From Felis catus (taxonomy: Eukaryota), in the NCBI RefSeq assembly GCF_018350175.1, contig NC_058368.1:196356001-196420000 (forward strand): a stretch of 64,000 nucleotides of DNA, written 5' to 3'. Each line of letters begins with the position of its first letter. Within the stretch, counting starts at the first letter, position 1. A model generated the notes under the pieces. That model searched no databases, was not told the DNA's origin, and saw only the letters and a program-made list of their open reading frames with translations. This document shows positions 14,101 to 25,714 of this stretch, in pieces. The translations under genes and the position numbers were made by a program.

Positions 14101-17100
14101 GTCCGAATGGAAGGAACCAGGACAGGAGGGCGGATCGAAGATTCGAGAGTGAGAATGACTGATGGAGTGAGGTCCTGGCGGGGGTGGGGGAGAAGGGGGG
14201 GATGGGAGAACTTTGAAAGCACAGTGATCGCTGAGAGGCAGATAGAGGCTGCTCTCAAGAAGCGGAGGAAGCCTCTCTGCCCATCTCTTGGGGTCCGGGA
14301 AGGGCCAAAGCCTTGGGGGAGAGCCGGGTAGGTATCCGCACTGGGCATGAGGGAGACAGAGGAGGGGATGAGTGATGAAAAAAGCCAAGGCAGAGGGAGC
14401 TCGCTTCTCCCAGCCCCGTTCAAAGCCCCAGTTCAAAGAATTGAACTGCTTTCAATTCTGCTCAAGGTCGCAGGGGAGATGGTGGCCAAGGCCACTTAAA
14501 ACCTCACTCCACCCCCAGCCGTGGCCTACTAGCCTAGACGCCCCTCAGGCAGGCCCTCGGGCCCCTACCTCCTCCGTTGGTGTAGGCTCGGTAGGGGAAG
14601 CGCCAGACATTCCCCAGGCCCACGCAGTAGCCGATGCAGGACAGCAGGAAGTCCAGTTTGCCTGTCCAGTTCCCCCGGTCCGCGGCGAAGTCCACATCCA
14701 GGTCCACGTCCCCCTGGTCACTGGGGGTCATCAGTAGGTCTGGGGTAATGGGCTGCCAGTGGGAGAGACCAAAGGGGTGAGGGAGAAAGGTGAGGCCAGG
14801 GTAGCACTGTGATGCCTCCGCCCCCCTAAACAAAAATAAGAATATAAAATCAAACAGGGCTAAATGCAAAGATACTCTCCTGCTTGGGAAAATCAACCGC
14901 TCTTGCCTGGGCTCCCAGGTCAGACGCTCGCAGGAGCGTCTCTGGGTTGCAGGGAACTACAAACGCATGAGGCCAGCAGGATGGCTCAAGCACTAACAGA
15001 GCTACCTGGGTCTCAGTTTGGTCAGCACAGAGGTCAGATGAAGGGATGGTCCTATGCTGATGACGCTGCGACGACGATCTTAATGACAGTTACCGTGGAC
15101 GGAGCTCTTACTACGCGCTCCGCGCACTCAACGTTTCACCTGATTTCATTCTCAAAATAACGCTACGAGCTGAGTAAGTACTGGTCTAAGCGCTGCTTCG
15201 CTCATGAGGAACATCGAGGCTCACGGAGGTGTCATGATTTTATGCGACTGGCTGGTGGAGAGCTGGGTCTCGGGCCCAGAGCTTCCTGACCCTGGAGCCC
15301 GTGTCTTCAACTGCTGGTGCTGGCCTTTTTAAAAAAAACTGTTTTTAAATGTTTATTTATTTTTGAGAGAGAATTAAATTTCTTAAAAAAAAATGTTTAT
15401 TTATTTTTGAGAGAGAAAGAGAGTCAGAGTGCAAGCGGGGGGGGGGGGGGGGGGGGGGGCAGACACAGAATCCAAAGCAGGCTCCAGGCTCCGAGCTGTC
15501 AGCCCAGAGCCCCATGCGGAGCTCGAACCCACAAATGGTGAGATCATGAGCTGAGCTGAAGTCGGACGCTTAATCGACGGAGCCACCCAGGTGCCCGTGG
15601 TGCTGGCCTTTTGTTACTCTATCCTGGGCACCACATTTTAAGAAAGACATAGGTTGGAGCATGTCCACTGGGCAGGTGGCCAGACAGGACGGTGTTCAGG
15701 AGAAGTAGTCACGGGAGGACAGGGGAGAAGTAGGGGCCCTTAGCATAGAAAGAAGAGGCCTTAGAGGGAACACGGGTTCCCCTGAGGGAGGAATTGAATT
15801 CATTCTCTAGTGGCTCAGGGAGGCCTATGGAGTGCTGTGAATCTTAGTTCACGAGCAGAAAGAGGCTACTGAGTTCTGGTCTATCTCAGAAAGTCACAAT
15901 CTTCCTGTCATTACAGGAGAGATACGTGCACAGAGGGGAACAGAAACCAGCGGTCCCTAAGATCCCTTCCTGCAATTTAAGGAGGGTGGGGAAGTGCACT
16001 GGGCATTCTCCCTTCAGACTGGGGCTGGGAAATGGAGGTCCTCCTCCAGCCGCTTAGAATGCTGGCCCTGGGGGTGAGTTAGACTGTAGGGGAGCCCAAA
16101 GATATCAGGATAACTATCTACAATTCAGAGAGCAGTCCCCAAAGTGTCTCCTGGAATGGGTCAGAAGAAAGGGACAGCCACACCCTTCCTGCTTGCCTCT
16201 GAAATTCAGACCCTTGGCAGAGAAGAATGGAGCTGCAAAGAAGGCCGATTATCAAATCTCATGGTTTTGAGAGAGGAGAAAGGACGCCCTGTTTCCTGCT
16301 CAGCAGTGGTTATAGGAAAACAGTGGTATCTCTGGACTGGGAGTCAGGAGACTACAATTCCAGTCCCAGGTCGGTGCCACTTCACAGTGTGACTTTAGGA
16401 AAGAGTTTTCTGAGCCTTGTTTCCCCATTTAGACACGGAAGGCATTGAATAAATCAGTGTTTCCAAAAACACATCCCTTTGGATGTTCACAGGTGCTCAG
16501 CGGCAAAAAGGATTCTTGAGGCAAAGGAGTTTCGGGAGGGATCGTCTGGGTGGCTCAGTTGCTTAAGCATCGGACCCTTGATTTCGGGTCAGGTCATGAT
16601 CTCATGGTTTGTGAGTCTGAGCCCCGAGTTGGGCTCTACGCTGACATGGCTGACAACGTAGAGCCTGCTTCGGATTCTCTCTCTGCCCTCCCCCCGCTCC
16701 CACTCCCCCCACTCCCCAGGCCTGTGTGCACACACTCTCTCTCAAAATAAATAAGTAAACTTAAAAAAAAAAAAAGAAGAAGAAGAAGAAGAAGTTTGGG
16801 AAACACTGGGTTAACACAAAGCAAAAGTTTTCTTTACTGCAGGACTTGTCAGATCCTTTAATGGACCAATACCCACTGCAATTCTCCAAATAGGGACTAG
16901 AACAGACAGTATTCTGCAATTCTATTTAAGAAAAGGGTTTTAAGAAGCTAGCATGCTGAGCTTTATGCAGAGAAGTGTAGGTCTATCTATTAGTCTTCTG
17001 GTTCTAATGGTCTGTGAGGGAGGCTTCACCAGAGGCACTTACAGTGGTTGAAGACCAGATCAGATCCTAGCACAGGGACTCAGTAATCAGTTATTGATGA

Positions 17101-19832
17101 GATACTTTTCCCCTCCCTCAAATTCCCCTTCCCGGCGCCAGCCAAGTAGGTGTCTACACACAAACTGGGTGGTGACAGAGGAGGCTTTGCAGGGATAAAG
17201 ACGGGGAAGGGAGAGTGCAGGTGTCACAGGACTGGAGGTGTCTGGCTGGCTGCGGTGACAGGGTCGGGGCAATGGGTTCAGGTGGCAGGACGGGGGTAAC
17301 AGTACTGAGGTGACTCTCAGTGACAGTGGTGGCCATAGTAATGATCCTGCCTGAGGCTGGCTGTTGACCAGAGGGCCAGCGGCAGCAAGGACAGCCTGGC
17401 ATAATTATGGGTGATGGTGATAATGAGGAAGAGCGTGAAAAAGCCCTTTCCAGTGATTGGGCTTGCGGTGATCTCAGACACGCTGGGCTGAGGGTAGCAG
17501 TGGCCCCCTGACGGATCTGAAACTCACCCCTGCCCTCTGATGCCCCTTTCCACGAGGTCCCTCCCCAGCTGGGTGGGTACTAGCTCTCTGGAATCACTCC
17601 CTGCCAGGCGAGCTCCAGGAGGTATGGAGGAGCAGCTAGTTAACACTGGCCCCTGAAATGGGGTAGTGTGACAGGCCAGTCACCCTGCGACCACCCCCCC
17701 CAACCCTGTTCAGGCCAGCTGGCAGGAGGGCCCAGTAATGAGGTTCCTCTGATCTCTCCTGAGAAGCTGCTGCCCTTTCTCTGCTCACAGAGCAGTCCCG
17801 GCTCTCTGTTTCCATGGTGACAAGAGTTCCAAGAGCAGGATGCTGCCAGCTCTTCTGTCCCCCACCTCCTCCGATCAGAGGGAAGCCTGCTCCTGCTCCA
17901 GGGACAGGGGATTGGGTCCTCCAAAGATGAGCCAATCTCAAGACCACCCGGAGCCCCCAACCCCACCATGGATGAATCCCAGGAGGCTGGCACATAGAGG
18001 ATGGGACTGGCTGGGAGACAGGCGACCAAATCAATGGGGCAGGCTTGGAAGCTTAATGAGTCGCTTCACACTTCCGCCTGTGTGTGAAGCTCCCACCCCC
18101 GGTCCCCCCCCCCCCCCGCCGCCGCCTATCCGGAGTCACGCAGAAACAGAATCGTGGGTTTGCCAGACCTGCACCCCCTCTTTTAAGAACCAACAGATGT
18201 AGGTCACTAGCAGCAGCAGGGGCCGGAAGAGGTTAGCCTGCCCCAAGCCAAGGCTCTCACACCTTCAGGATGCGAGAGACAATAGAAATGTGGAGTCCAA
18301 CTTCATCATTGTGCAGATGAAGACACTGAGTTTCAGGGAGGGAAACAGACGAGCCCAAGGTCAAACAGCAAGTTAAGGGCAGACTAAGACCTGAACCCGC
18401 CCTCCCTGACTTTCAGCCCAGTGCTCGTCTCTGAACACCGCTGTTCCTTTGCTGATACCTGGCATTCCTCACTCCCTGCCCCATTCACCTTGAGACCCAA
18501 GGAGGGGACACAGAGGCCAGGCGGCCCCACCCCTGCCCTGTTGGTCCTAGGCTACTCAGCCCATCTTTAGGAAAGCAGCTAGCTGCATCTCCCACGTCTG
18601 TTTTTGCCTTGTCTATAAAGTGGGGCTAGAGAGACCTAGCCCCCAGAATTTTGGAGGATTACATGAGATAAGGCTTCACAGACTATGGCTATTTACATAC
18701 TGTGTGGTCTGGTGGCAGTGGAGAGGGGAGGAAAGGAAAGGAGAGAGAGTAGGAGAATGGAAAAGAACGGAGGGCAGGGCCCAAGAAGACCCAAGACACA
18801 CACCCACACCGATGGCCCCAGATGCAGGGGCAGAGAGCGTGAATTGGCAGGGGAGGGGGGGGCAATAACACCAGCCCCTGTGAGTTCTCTCTCATATCTA
18901 CACTTACCGGCCCTGTGGGGTCACCACATCCCCCACCCCCCACCCCCCACTCTTAAGCCCAAAGCGAGAAAACTTGACCCAACAACACAGGATCCTCGGG
19001 CCGGGAGGTCTGACCCCCACAGGAGGAGGTGGGAAGGGGCTGAGGTCCCGGCCCAGGGCTCCAAGAACACAGATTTGCCCACCTCTCTCATGCCAGCCTC
19101 CACCCCACCCCCGTATCCCTTGGGTCTCCCATTTCCTCCCTCCCTGCCTTCGCCTCCTGCCAGCCCTGCAGTGGGGCAGCCTGGGGTCTTCGCAGGGAAG
19201 CTAAAGCCGGTGGGGAGGAAGCAGGTGGTGGGTCCCCGCAGGGCAAAAGCGCGGGCAGGAAAGATAGCGTCCCCCTGCTGGCTCTCCGCCGCTGCTTCAG
19301 GGTAGAGCGCACTCGATGAGGACCAGGGCGGCTCCCCGCCCCCCACCCCTGTAATTAGTCCAGCTCAAGGCTGGCCCTCGGCTATTCTTCCATCCCCAAC
19401 CCCAATCAGCCCCCGGAGGAAACAGGCGGGGGGCTGGAGAGGGGCGGGCGCCTGGCCCCAGCCGCCCTACCCCACGCCTCCTGGGGTTTCAGACACCTGT
19501 TCGAAGGACCCGGCCCAACGAACCTCGGTCCCCTCACACACATCCCGACCGCCAGATGGGGAAGGCCGTGTCGCCAACCCTCCTCCCAACCGCATCCCCC
19601 CCCACCCCCCTGCCCCAGCAGACCGCGACCCCGCCCCTCCTTGCCATCTAGCTCAGCCCGGACTCCCCCAGAACCTCGCAATGGTCCAGGCGCCCTCCCC
19701 GACCCTCCCGGGGCCTGGACGGGGGGCGGGCCTCTCTCTGCACTCCGCCTTCAGGTGTGCCCCCGCCCCCGTGTGCGCCCCCTCGTCCTCGTACCCTACC
19801 TGGCGATGGTGAGCTCCCTGGAGCTTCTTCAT
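1894..19832 (-). CDS. SLC6A7: Sodium/chloride-dependent proline transporter PROT, whole spliced CDS (14 exons, 636 aa)
   Basis: complement(join(19800-19832,14569-14752,12774-12905,12358-12592,11798-11936,10222-10356,8619-8722,8364-8488,7341-7453,6960-7091,6378-6477,6102-6202,5388-5555,1894-2103)). Lengths sum to 1911 nt, all introns are GT-AG with matching phases. SLC6 signature [29 protein letters not shown] and C-terminus [10 protein letters not shown]. Confidence 0.97.
2900..3440 (+). mobile_element. L2 LINE 3' fragment
   Basis: Typical L2 text (cctgcctcagggcctttgcac...ccttctgcctggaatgctctcc...aagctccctgagagcaagg), recognised from memory. Confidence 0.6.
3450..3668 (-). mobile_element. 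MER20-like hAT-Charlie DNA transposon fossil
   Basis: ccagacattaccaaatgtcttctgagggcaaaatcgccccc-tgagaatccctg matches the recalled MER20 end, length ~220 bp. Confidence 0.75.
4510..4640 (-). mobile_element. MER63-like hAT fragment
   Basis: ggtgtaaatattcccacca...tttaacaactggctc...tttaacaactagctc internal repeats. Confidence 0.55.
5388..5555 (-). CDS. SLC6A7: SLC6A7 exon 13 ([10 protein letters not shown]...GSLWE)
   Basis: cag|GCC acceptor, GAG|GTAAGT donor, 168 nt. Confidence 0.96.
6102..6202 (-). CDS. SLC6A7: SLC6A7 exon 12 (GIQRFCRD...PATLL)
   Basis: cag|GC acceptor, CTG|GTAATG donor, 101 nt. Confidence 0.96.
6378..6477 (-). CDS. SLC6A7: SLC6A7 exon 11 ([12 protein letters not shown]...TRVY)
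   Basis: cag|GGG acceptor, G|GTGAGA donor, 100 nt. Confidence 0.96.
6960..7091 (-). CDS. SLC6A7: SLC6A7 exon 10 (FAFLETIVT...VLTTD)
   Basis: cag|TTT acceptor, GAC|GTGAGT donor, 132 nt. Confidence 0.96.
7130..7330. repeat. CA-rich degenerate repeat filling SLC6A7 intron 9
   Basis: (CACA/CAGA)n-like on +, UG-rich on the transcript. Confidence 0.85.
7341..7453 (-). CDS. SLC6A7: SLC6A7 exon 9 ([10 protein letters not shown]...LGLDSQ)
   Basis: cag|GC acceptor, CAG|GTGAGC donor, 113 nt. Confidence 0.96.
7688..7888 (+). mobile_element. Can-SINE (older subfamily)
   Basis: tRNA-like head (gtggctcagtcggtt...gatcgagtccc), (CT)n tract and A tail. Confidence 0.9.
8364..8488 (-). CDS. SLC6A7: SLC6A7 exon 8 (DTFIVTLGN...VAKA)
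   Basis: cag|A acceptor, G|GTGGGC donor, 125 nt. Confidence 0.96.
8619..8722 (-). CDS. SLC6A7: SLC6A7 exon 7 ([14 protein letters not shown]...NIYR)
   Basis: cag|GTG acceptor, AG|GTCAGT donor, 104 nt, TM6 motif. Confidence 0.96.
9440..9662 (-). mobile_element. Can-SINE
   Basis: tttatttatttt(ga)n...gccacccaggtgcccc. Confidence 0.9.
9663..9772 (-). mobile_element. Short older tRNA-derived Can-SINE
   Basis: gtggggctcaaactcatgacc...gactgagccagccacgtgcccc, with flanking duplication gaataatgtct at 9413-9423 and 9774-9784. Confidence 0.75.
9897..10127 (-). mobile_element. Felid Can-SINE (SINEC_Fc-like)
   Basis: Full-length body, CpG-rich head, T tail on +. Confidence 0.92.
10222..10356 (-). CDS. 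SLC6A7: SLC6A7 exon 6 ([10 protein letters not shown]...LLSSK)
   Basis: cag|GTG acceptor, AAG|GTGAGG donor, 135 nt. Confidence 0.96.
11020..11450. mobile_element. MLT1-type (ERVL-MaLR) solo LTR remnant
   Basis: catgacccag...tttgaacccctagacccagctatacctgaagc, recognised from memory. Confidence 0.5.
11798..11936 (-). CDS. SLC6A7: SLC6A7 exon 5 (SRYVLHIQ...KSSGK)
   Basis: cag|C acceptor, AAG|GTAGGG donor, 139 nt. Confidence 0.96.
12358..12592 (-). CDS. SLC6A7: SLC6A7 exon 4 (GAGAAML...SEEYW)
   Basis: cag|GT acceptor, AG|GTCAGG donor, 235 nt. Carries the EL2 cysteine pair ([11 protein letters not shown]) and an NLT sequon. Confidence 0.96.
12774..12905 (-). CDS. SLC6A7: SLC6A7 exon 3 (GAFLVPYF...SPLFK)
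   Basis: aag|GT acceptor, G|GTGAGG donor, 132 nt. Confidence 0.94.
14569..14752 (-). CDS. SLC6A7: SLC6A7 exon 2 (PITPDLL...AYTNGG)
   Basis: cag|CCC acceptor, G|GTAGGG donor, 184 nt, contains the TM1 signature. Confidence 0.96.
15330..15597 (-). mobile_element. Felid Can-SINE with duplicated tail
   Basis: 15-bp TSD TGGTGCTGGCCTTTT at 15315-15329 and 15598-15612. Confidence 0.92.
16537..16790 (+). mobile_element. Can-SINE with an (AAG)n-extended tail, inserted in a hAT-Charlie remnant
   Basis: SINE head and tail present. Degenerate TSD aaggagtttcggga / aagaagtttggga. Confidence 0.88.
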
Positions 19833-20330
19833 CTTGGAGGGCGGGTTACCGGGGCTTCCCGGCTTGCCTTCCCCTGAGAGCAGAGAGCGAGCGAGGGAGC
19901 CAGAGATCGCGCAGCCGGCCGGCCGCCGCGACTTTGCCCCGGCGGCTCCCGCGCACCGGCTGGGGGGGCGCGGGCTCGGGCGCAGGCGCTGCCGTCTGTC
20001 GGCTGCGGGCGTGGGGCGTGGGGCGTGGGGGCGCGCGCGCCGGGCGCCACAAACGCCCTGCCTCTCCCTGCGCAGCGCCCCGGGCTGGGGAGGGGAGCAG
20101 GGCTGCGCCCGCGTAGCCACCCAGACAGACGGCTGACGGACGGACAGCCGGGGGGATGCGCGCGCCCCCGCACGCAGAGCTGCAGATTGGAGGGGCCCGA
20201 GCGCGGGAGGAGGGGGGGGGTCCGAGACGGAAACCCTCGGAGGTCCGGAGGCCCCGGGCCACCGTCTCCTGCGTGACCTTGGGCAGGTAACCTGCCCTCT
20301 CTGGGCCTTCCTTTCCCCAGTTGGGCAGTG
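19390..20330 (-). promoter_or_regulatory. SLC6A7: SLC6A7 CpG-island promoter and 5'UTR
   Basis: Dense CpG around exon 1, CCAAT on - at 20186-20190, repeated GGGGCGTGGG GC boxes at ~20010-20030. The TSS cannot be placed exactly. Confidence 0.75.
19800..19832 (-). CDS. SLC6A7: SLC6A7 coding exon 1 ([11 protein letters not shown])
   Basis: ATG at 19832 (ccaagATGa) and donor CAG|GTAGGG, 33 nt, within a CpG island. Confidence 0.92.
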
Positions 20331-22132
20331 AGAGGCAGGCCACGTGCACGGACACTAACGGCCGGGCTCTAGGTTCCAGCGATCCAGGCAGCGCCTCCTC
20401 TTTGCTGTGTGACCTTGCCCACATTCCTTAAGCGTGCTGTGCTGCCTCTTCATCTGGAGAATGGGGTTAAGAATCTGCCCTCCCTTACAATGATGCGAGG
20501 AACCCAGGGAGATTGTGCATAGAAAACAGGTAGCACCGGGCCTGGCACATAGCAGGGGCTCAGCTGGCGTTTATCGACTGACGAGAGGTTGCCCGCTTCT
20601 GCCAAGAAAAGGACACAGCAGCCATTAATCAGATATTTTTCAGTCGCCCACGGTCTTTATTGTGCCAGATCCTGGGCTAGGACCTATTGTCTCAACACAG
20701 GGACCCGGAGAGACAGATGGTGCTGTTCCTATTTTACAGATGAAGAAACTGAAGCAGAGAGGTTGAGTCAAGGTCACAGAGCTAGTGAGTGACCCCAGTG
20801 ACGGAGTCAGGCCTCATGGACCTTCTGGGCTGGTGGAGGTCTTGAACATGTCTCCTTAACCTGGGAGAGGTTTGGGCCAGAAGAGACAGGGCAAGCGTCG
20901 CCGTGTTGTTGTCATGGCTTGTGACTTAGATCGTGAGCACCTGGGTTTCTCCCACCAGCAGTATGACCTCAGGACTGTTAGACTTTCACATCTCTAAGAT
21001 GAGCCCTCAGCCACCCCGCGCCCGACTGACCTCTCGGAGCAGCGTGAGGGTCTGTGTGAGCCTGTGACTAGGATAGGAAATTATTAGCTAGAGCATTCAT
21101 GTTCTTTCATCTATGGGCCTGAACTGGTATAAGCTAGTCGACCCGGCATATGCATTGCAAATCATGCCCCTTTCACTCAAAGGTGTCCCAGTTCAGACAC
21201 TAAATCGTAGGGTTGCCCTACCATCAGCCAACATGGGGAGGTCTTTGGGGAGAGTGAGGATAAGGGTCTGTTGCCTCTCATACCCCCGGAGTCTGGAAGG
21301 GGCAAGAAGGGTTTACACTGAAGTGTGCCTCGGGAAAGGGGCTGGTGGGTTCTGGGCGCACCTGCTCACCCAGAGGCCCCTTTCTTGAAGTCCGGCCTCA
21401 AGGGCAGGCCAAGGGCTCTCGAGATACAGGAGGAAGGAGCCCTTTGGGCCTGAATGTGAAGGGAAGGAACATTTATTGAACCCTACTGTGTTCGTTTGAT
21501 GAAGGCTTATATCTAATTTGTAATTCTTCCCAACAGCTTGGGAAGACAGGTTTGTGCGTCCCCATTTTGGACCTGAGGAACCTGTCTCAGGGGAGTGAAG
21601 TCATATGCCCAAGGCCACACAGAGCACTGAATCTCTGGGCTTTGGAGAGAAGCCAAGAGGGCAAAAGCCAGCAGCTCCTGAATCCAGGAAGGCCCAGGCG
21701 GGACCCACTCCCCCCTCCCCCAGGGACTGTCACCTCTTCTCTTACAGGACAGGCTCCGGCTTTGCTGAACAACCCCCTCCCATTGGTACGTGGGTTTCAT
21801 CAGATCCTACGGAAGGTCCGGAGAACCACAGGAAGAGGGAATAGAGGGGAGGCATTGGCTTCTTTGGGAAGCCTCACCACAGCCCTTGTTGGAAAAGTCT
21901 GGTCTTCATCAAACAAACAAACAAAATCCCAACATCTTCTAGAAGATATTGTCCACGTAAGTCAGTCTGCCCACTGAACCCTCAGTCACCCTCAGAACAC
22001 CAAGCGTGTTTGACGTCCCCTGCAGCCGCTGTCCCCTCTCCCCTCTCCCAGAGGAAGTTTGGTTACTACTTGGCAGAAAGACAGCACTTAGGAATCCCAA
22101 CCAGTAAATAATCTCTCTTTCCCTCTTCCCGC

Positions 22133-22172
<40 letters not shown>

Positions 22173-24910
22173 CTCCTGGTCTCACATCAAACCAGAAGTC
22201 TAATGGAGATGTGTGCTGATTTAAGGAAAGTGTTAGATGAAAATGTACTTCCTTTTATTATATACGGAGATATTTTTAAATGCATATAAATAAACATTTT
22301 TAATTTGCTGGAACGTTCAGACTGTATCACTGTAGAGCATGTGTTTTGTTACACCAGCGAGGGGCGACTGTAAAAAATGAGGAATCAGGCTGCTGGTCCA
22401 TCTGGTATGATTCAGAGAAAGTGGCTCTGGTGCGGCCGTGCTGGGACAGGATTGCCCTCCAAAGCCGCCCTCTCCGAGGCCTGCCGTGCTCCCAGGTTCT
22501 GCATCCCATTGGCGGGGCACCTCATCCACCAGGAGCCAGGCTGGTTTCCTCGGACAGATCCCCATCACAATCCGTTACACGTGCATGTGCACACACATAC
22601 CCTGGGGGGCGGGAGACCCTTTCTATTCCTAGAGCGGGGCTGAGTCCTCCCCTAGAGTGGAGCTCTGGCCCTCTCTGCTCTGCCCACACTGATCTCTTGG
22701 CAGTCGATAGGACAGCTCTACAGACTGAGGTTCTCAGCGGGGCATTAGGGGTCTGCAGATGAAATTGCATGCACAACGTAGTGCTGATGGGCATGCTTCT
22801 GATTTGCTGGAGGCCATGACCAGGCCATGGGCCTTTGAGGGCCAGGCCAAGCCATATCTGATGTTTGTCTGGAGCCCCAGTCTCCAGCCACCGGCGCCTG
22901 CCCCCCAGGGGGAACGGGGACATAAAATTGCTATATACAAAACAGAAGTGACAGCAGCTCCTCACGAGAGGAAAGCTAGAATACCTCTTAGCACTGGGCT
23001 GGCTTCTGGGTCCGACAGGACAGGAGGGGTCCCTTTCTTGAGCCACAACACCCCAGGCTCTGGGGGGACCCTCTGAGTGATAGGGAACTCATTGCCTCAC
23101 AAGGCAGCCCATGACACTGCTTGAAAGTCCCTTTAGATAAAGGTTTCCTCTTTTCTGGAGGTTGACAGGTGATCAACCTCACTTGCGGGCCCAACCTAGC
23201 CCCCTGACCTTCCACGTGGGCCCCACCTGCCACTCACCCAGCCTGCCAGGCCCGGCCACCGCCCTCCCGCCAGACAGAGGTTTTCCTGTGGCTGGGGACA
23301 GGCTTGCCCTGCCTCAGATGTTCCACACCACCATCTGTCCTCAGCCTTGGGGTGGTGGGGACATTAGGCGGGCCCGCCAACATCTCACAGTAGGACACAA
23401 CAGCCCCGTAAGCAGGTGGCTAAAAGACAGCACCTACCCTGTGCTAAATTCTGGATAGGTCAAAGTATTTCATTTCCACTTGCCAAACGAGGAGGCTGAG
23501 GCTCAGAGAAGCTAAGTAAGTTGTCTGAAGTCTCAGAGCTTGGAGGTAGTCAAGCCGGAGGCCAGGCCATGTGACAAAACGTGCCGTGAACACCGAGTTA
23601 CAGCTGAAGCATGGCCCTCCAGCCCACAGCATCCCCACACTCCAGAGTGTGTGGTGCTCCCTGGGGTGCTAGCAGGGGCTGGTAGGGGCCTCCTGGGTAG
23701 CAAAGCATGGAGAAGGCTGGATTAAAGAAAAGTCAAGGGGTTTCTTTGCTGCAGGACATATCAGAGCCTTTGATGTGTTTACATATCACTCTCGCCCCCA
23801 GAAGGGTTGAGTCTGCTGGACTTGCCAAACTTACTTGACCTGAGCCACTTCTTAAATGAGGCCCAGAGAGGAGATGCAGTTACCCCAGGGTCACACAGCA
23901 AATATTTGTGAAGGTCAGAATCCGCGCGCTTCCAACCACACCTGCCACCAACCTTCCTCCTCTGCTCTTGGAAGCATAGTCCTTTCCCTGGTACCGCCTT
24001 GTTCCCAGGCCTTAGATGCCCACCATCTTCGGGGAAGCTGTGCTGTCTCCCAGGCCACCAGCAGGAGGAGGGGGAAGTGCCTGCTGCTCCCAGGGGCTTG
24101 TGTGGGGACTGGATCCACCTTGTGCATTGCTGTCACGTGCCCCAGGAGCAAAGGGCAGGCAGGCAGGCTGCACACACTTTTTATGGCTGGGCCACATCCC
24201 AGAACGGTAAACAGGGGCAGGCAGCTGGCCCCAGAGGCTTCTCAGGAGCGAAGGCCCCAGACTTCTGCCCGCCCCTGGAAGGGAGTTGAGAACAGTAGTT
24301 TGTCTCAGGAGTTTAAAAAAATTATATTTTAAGTTCACATTGTTAGTACTCTTTTTTATGAGTATGTTGGTCTTTTTTTGGTCTGACAGCACCTACTAGG
24401 CCTTTAGGCCTCAATCCAAACATCACCTCCTCCAGGAAGCCTCTCAGACCTTCTGCTATAAGCTGAGAGCCCACTCTGGGCTCCCCGGATGCTCTGTTCC
24501 TTTGATGCCTAGGGCATAGCTCCGACTGGGAACTTTTGTGGGCCAAGGAACTTTTGTGGGCTCAGCCAGGCCTGGCACACGTGGGTTCCCAATGAATATC
24601 ATCTGTTGAAAGAAAAATGTGAGCTGAAAATACTTGAGTAATAAAAAAAAACAAAACTGATATATTGGGTCTGATGATTCTGCTTAGAAAATGCACTTAA
24701 AATTTTACATAGTCTCATGGACTTACTCTAGCAATGTCTTCTTTTGATCCTTCAAACACATTTTAAAGGTGACCTCGTTACAGGCCTACAGAGACTGGAG
24801 GGGACCGCGCAATTGTTAGGGAAGGGTGAGGACAGTTTATGCTTCTTCAGCATCTTCCCTTAATGCTGTGTACAATGATTTTTATACTTCTTTTTAAAGA
24901 GAAAAAAAAA

Positions 24911-24916
24911 TTTATT
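24911..24916 (-). terminator. CDX1: Probable CDX1 polyadenylation signal (AATAAA)
   Basis: tttatt ~800 nt after the stop in an AT-rich patch. Variant hexamers follow: TATAAA (24881-24886) and CATAAA (24836-24841). Confidence 0.75.
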
Positions 24917-25714
24917 CTTGAAGCTGCATCCAAGAGATTCCACTCTATGTACAACGCTTGCCCAGCTGTGAGCTCCGCTTGGTCCAGAGGAAGTCCCCCG
25001 GGGACTCCCTGGGGCCTGGGCCCTAAAGGACAGCCTAGTGGGGTGACAGAAACTAGGCAGGTGGACGTTGCCCCTCTGGGCCCCCCTGGCTCCCCCCATC
25101 TGGAGGCCCCACTGAGAATGCTCGCGGGGGGATATGGCTCTGCGGTCCAGAGGGGTCGGTCATCAGAGCCTCTTGCTCTGATGACCTGTCTTGTGGGCTT
25201 TGCGCTTTGCATCCAGCCTGGACAGGGGTCAGGGCAATTTGTGGTGGGGGGCAGCCGGAGGGGAGGCTGCAGGAAGAGGCAGGTGTGAGCTGACCGCATC
25301 CCTCCCCCTCGGTTCCGGGCTGCAATCTTTCCATCTTCTCTCAGCTCTGCCCCCTTTCTCCAGAGTCAGTGCACTCCCTCCAGAGGCCTCCCACCCTTGA
25401 ACCTATGGAAGGGGAGGTGGGACCTAGGGACTTATGGCCCCTCACCTAGCCCTCTGGGGATTGAGACCTCCTACCCTGGGTTCTTTTACCCCCCTGAGGC
25501 CTAGAACACAGGAGCTGGAAAGGTCCTCCTCCCACAGGCTCACTGCACAGATGGGCCAAGGGGATGCAAGGGCTGGGTGGGCAACTTGTCCAAGGTTACC
25601 TAGAAGGTCAGTGGCAGGGCTGGGACTCAGACCGAGCCTCCTAGGCCTTCACGGGAGCCACATGCCCAGCGTCGGAGTCCCCAGGCCCCCAGCCCGCGGG
25701 GCGGGGGCAGGGGG

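Noticed and set aside
15587..15607. REST/RE1-like motif at the SINE-TSD junction in SLC6A7 intron 1 (a weaker one lies near 15021-15040)
   Set aside because: Only 14/21 matches to the consensus, with mismatches in the GGACAG half. Too weak without ChIP data.
17500..17513. CTCF-like motifs (also ~22323 and ~34600)
   Set aside because: Two or more core mismatches each. They cannot be supported without PWM scoring or ChIP data.
19833..20120. 96-codon in-frame GTG-initiated N-terminal extension of SLC6A7
   Set aside because: The GTG has T at -3, stop-free frames are expected in CpG islands, and the TSS is unknown.
24529..24561. 15-bp direct repeat GGAACTTTTGTGGGC (similar short duplications at ~35663-35702 and ~44608-44660)
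   Set aside because: Two-copy slippage duplications with no array or spacer structure, so not CRISPR-like.
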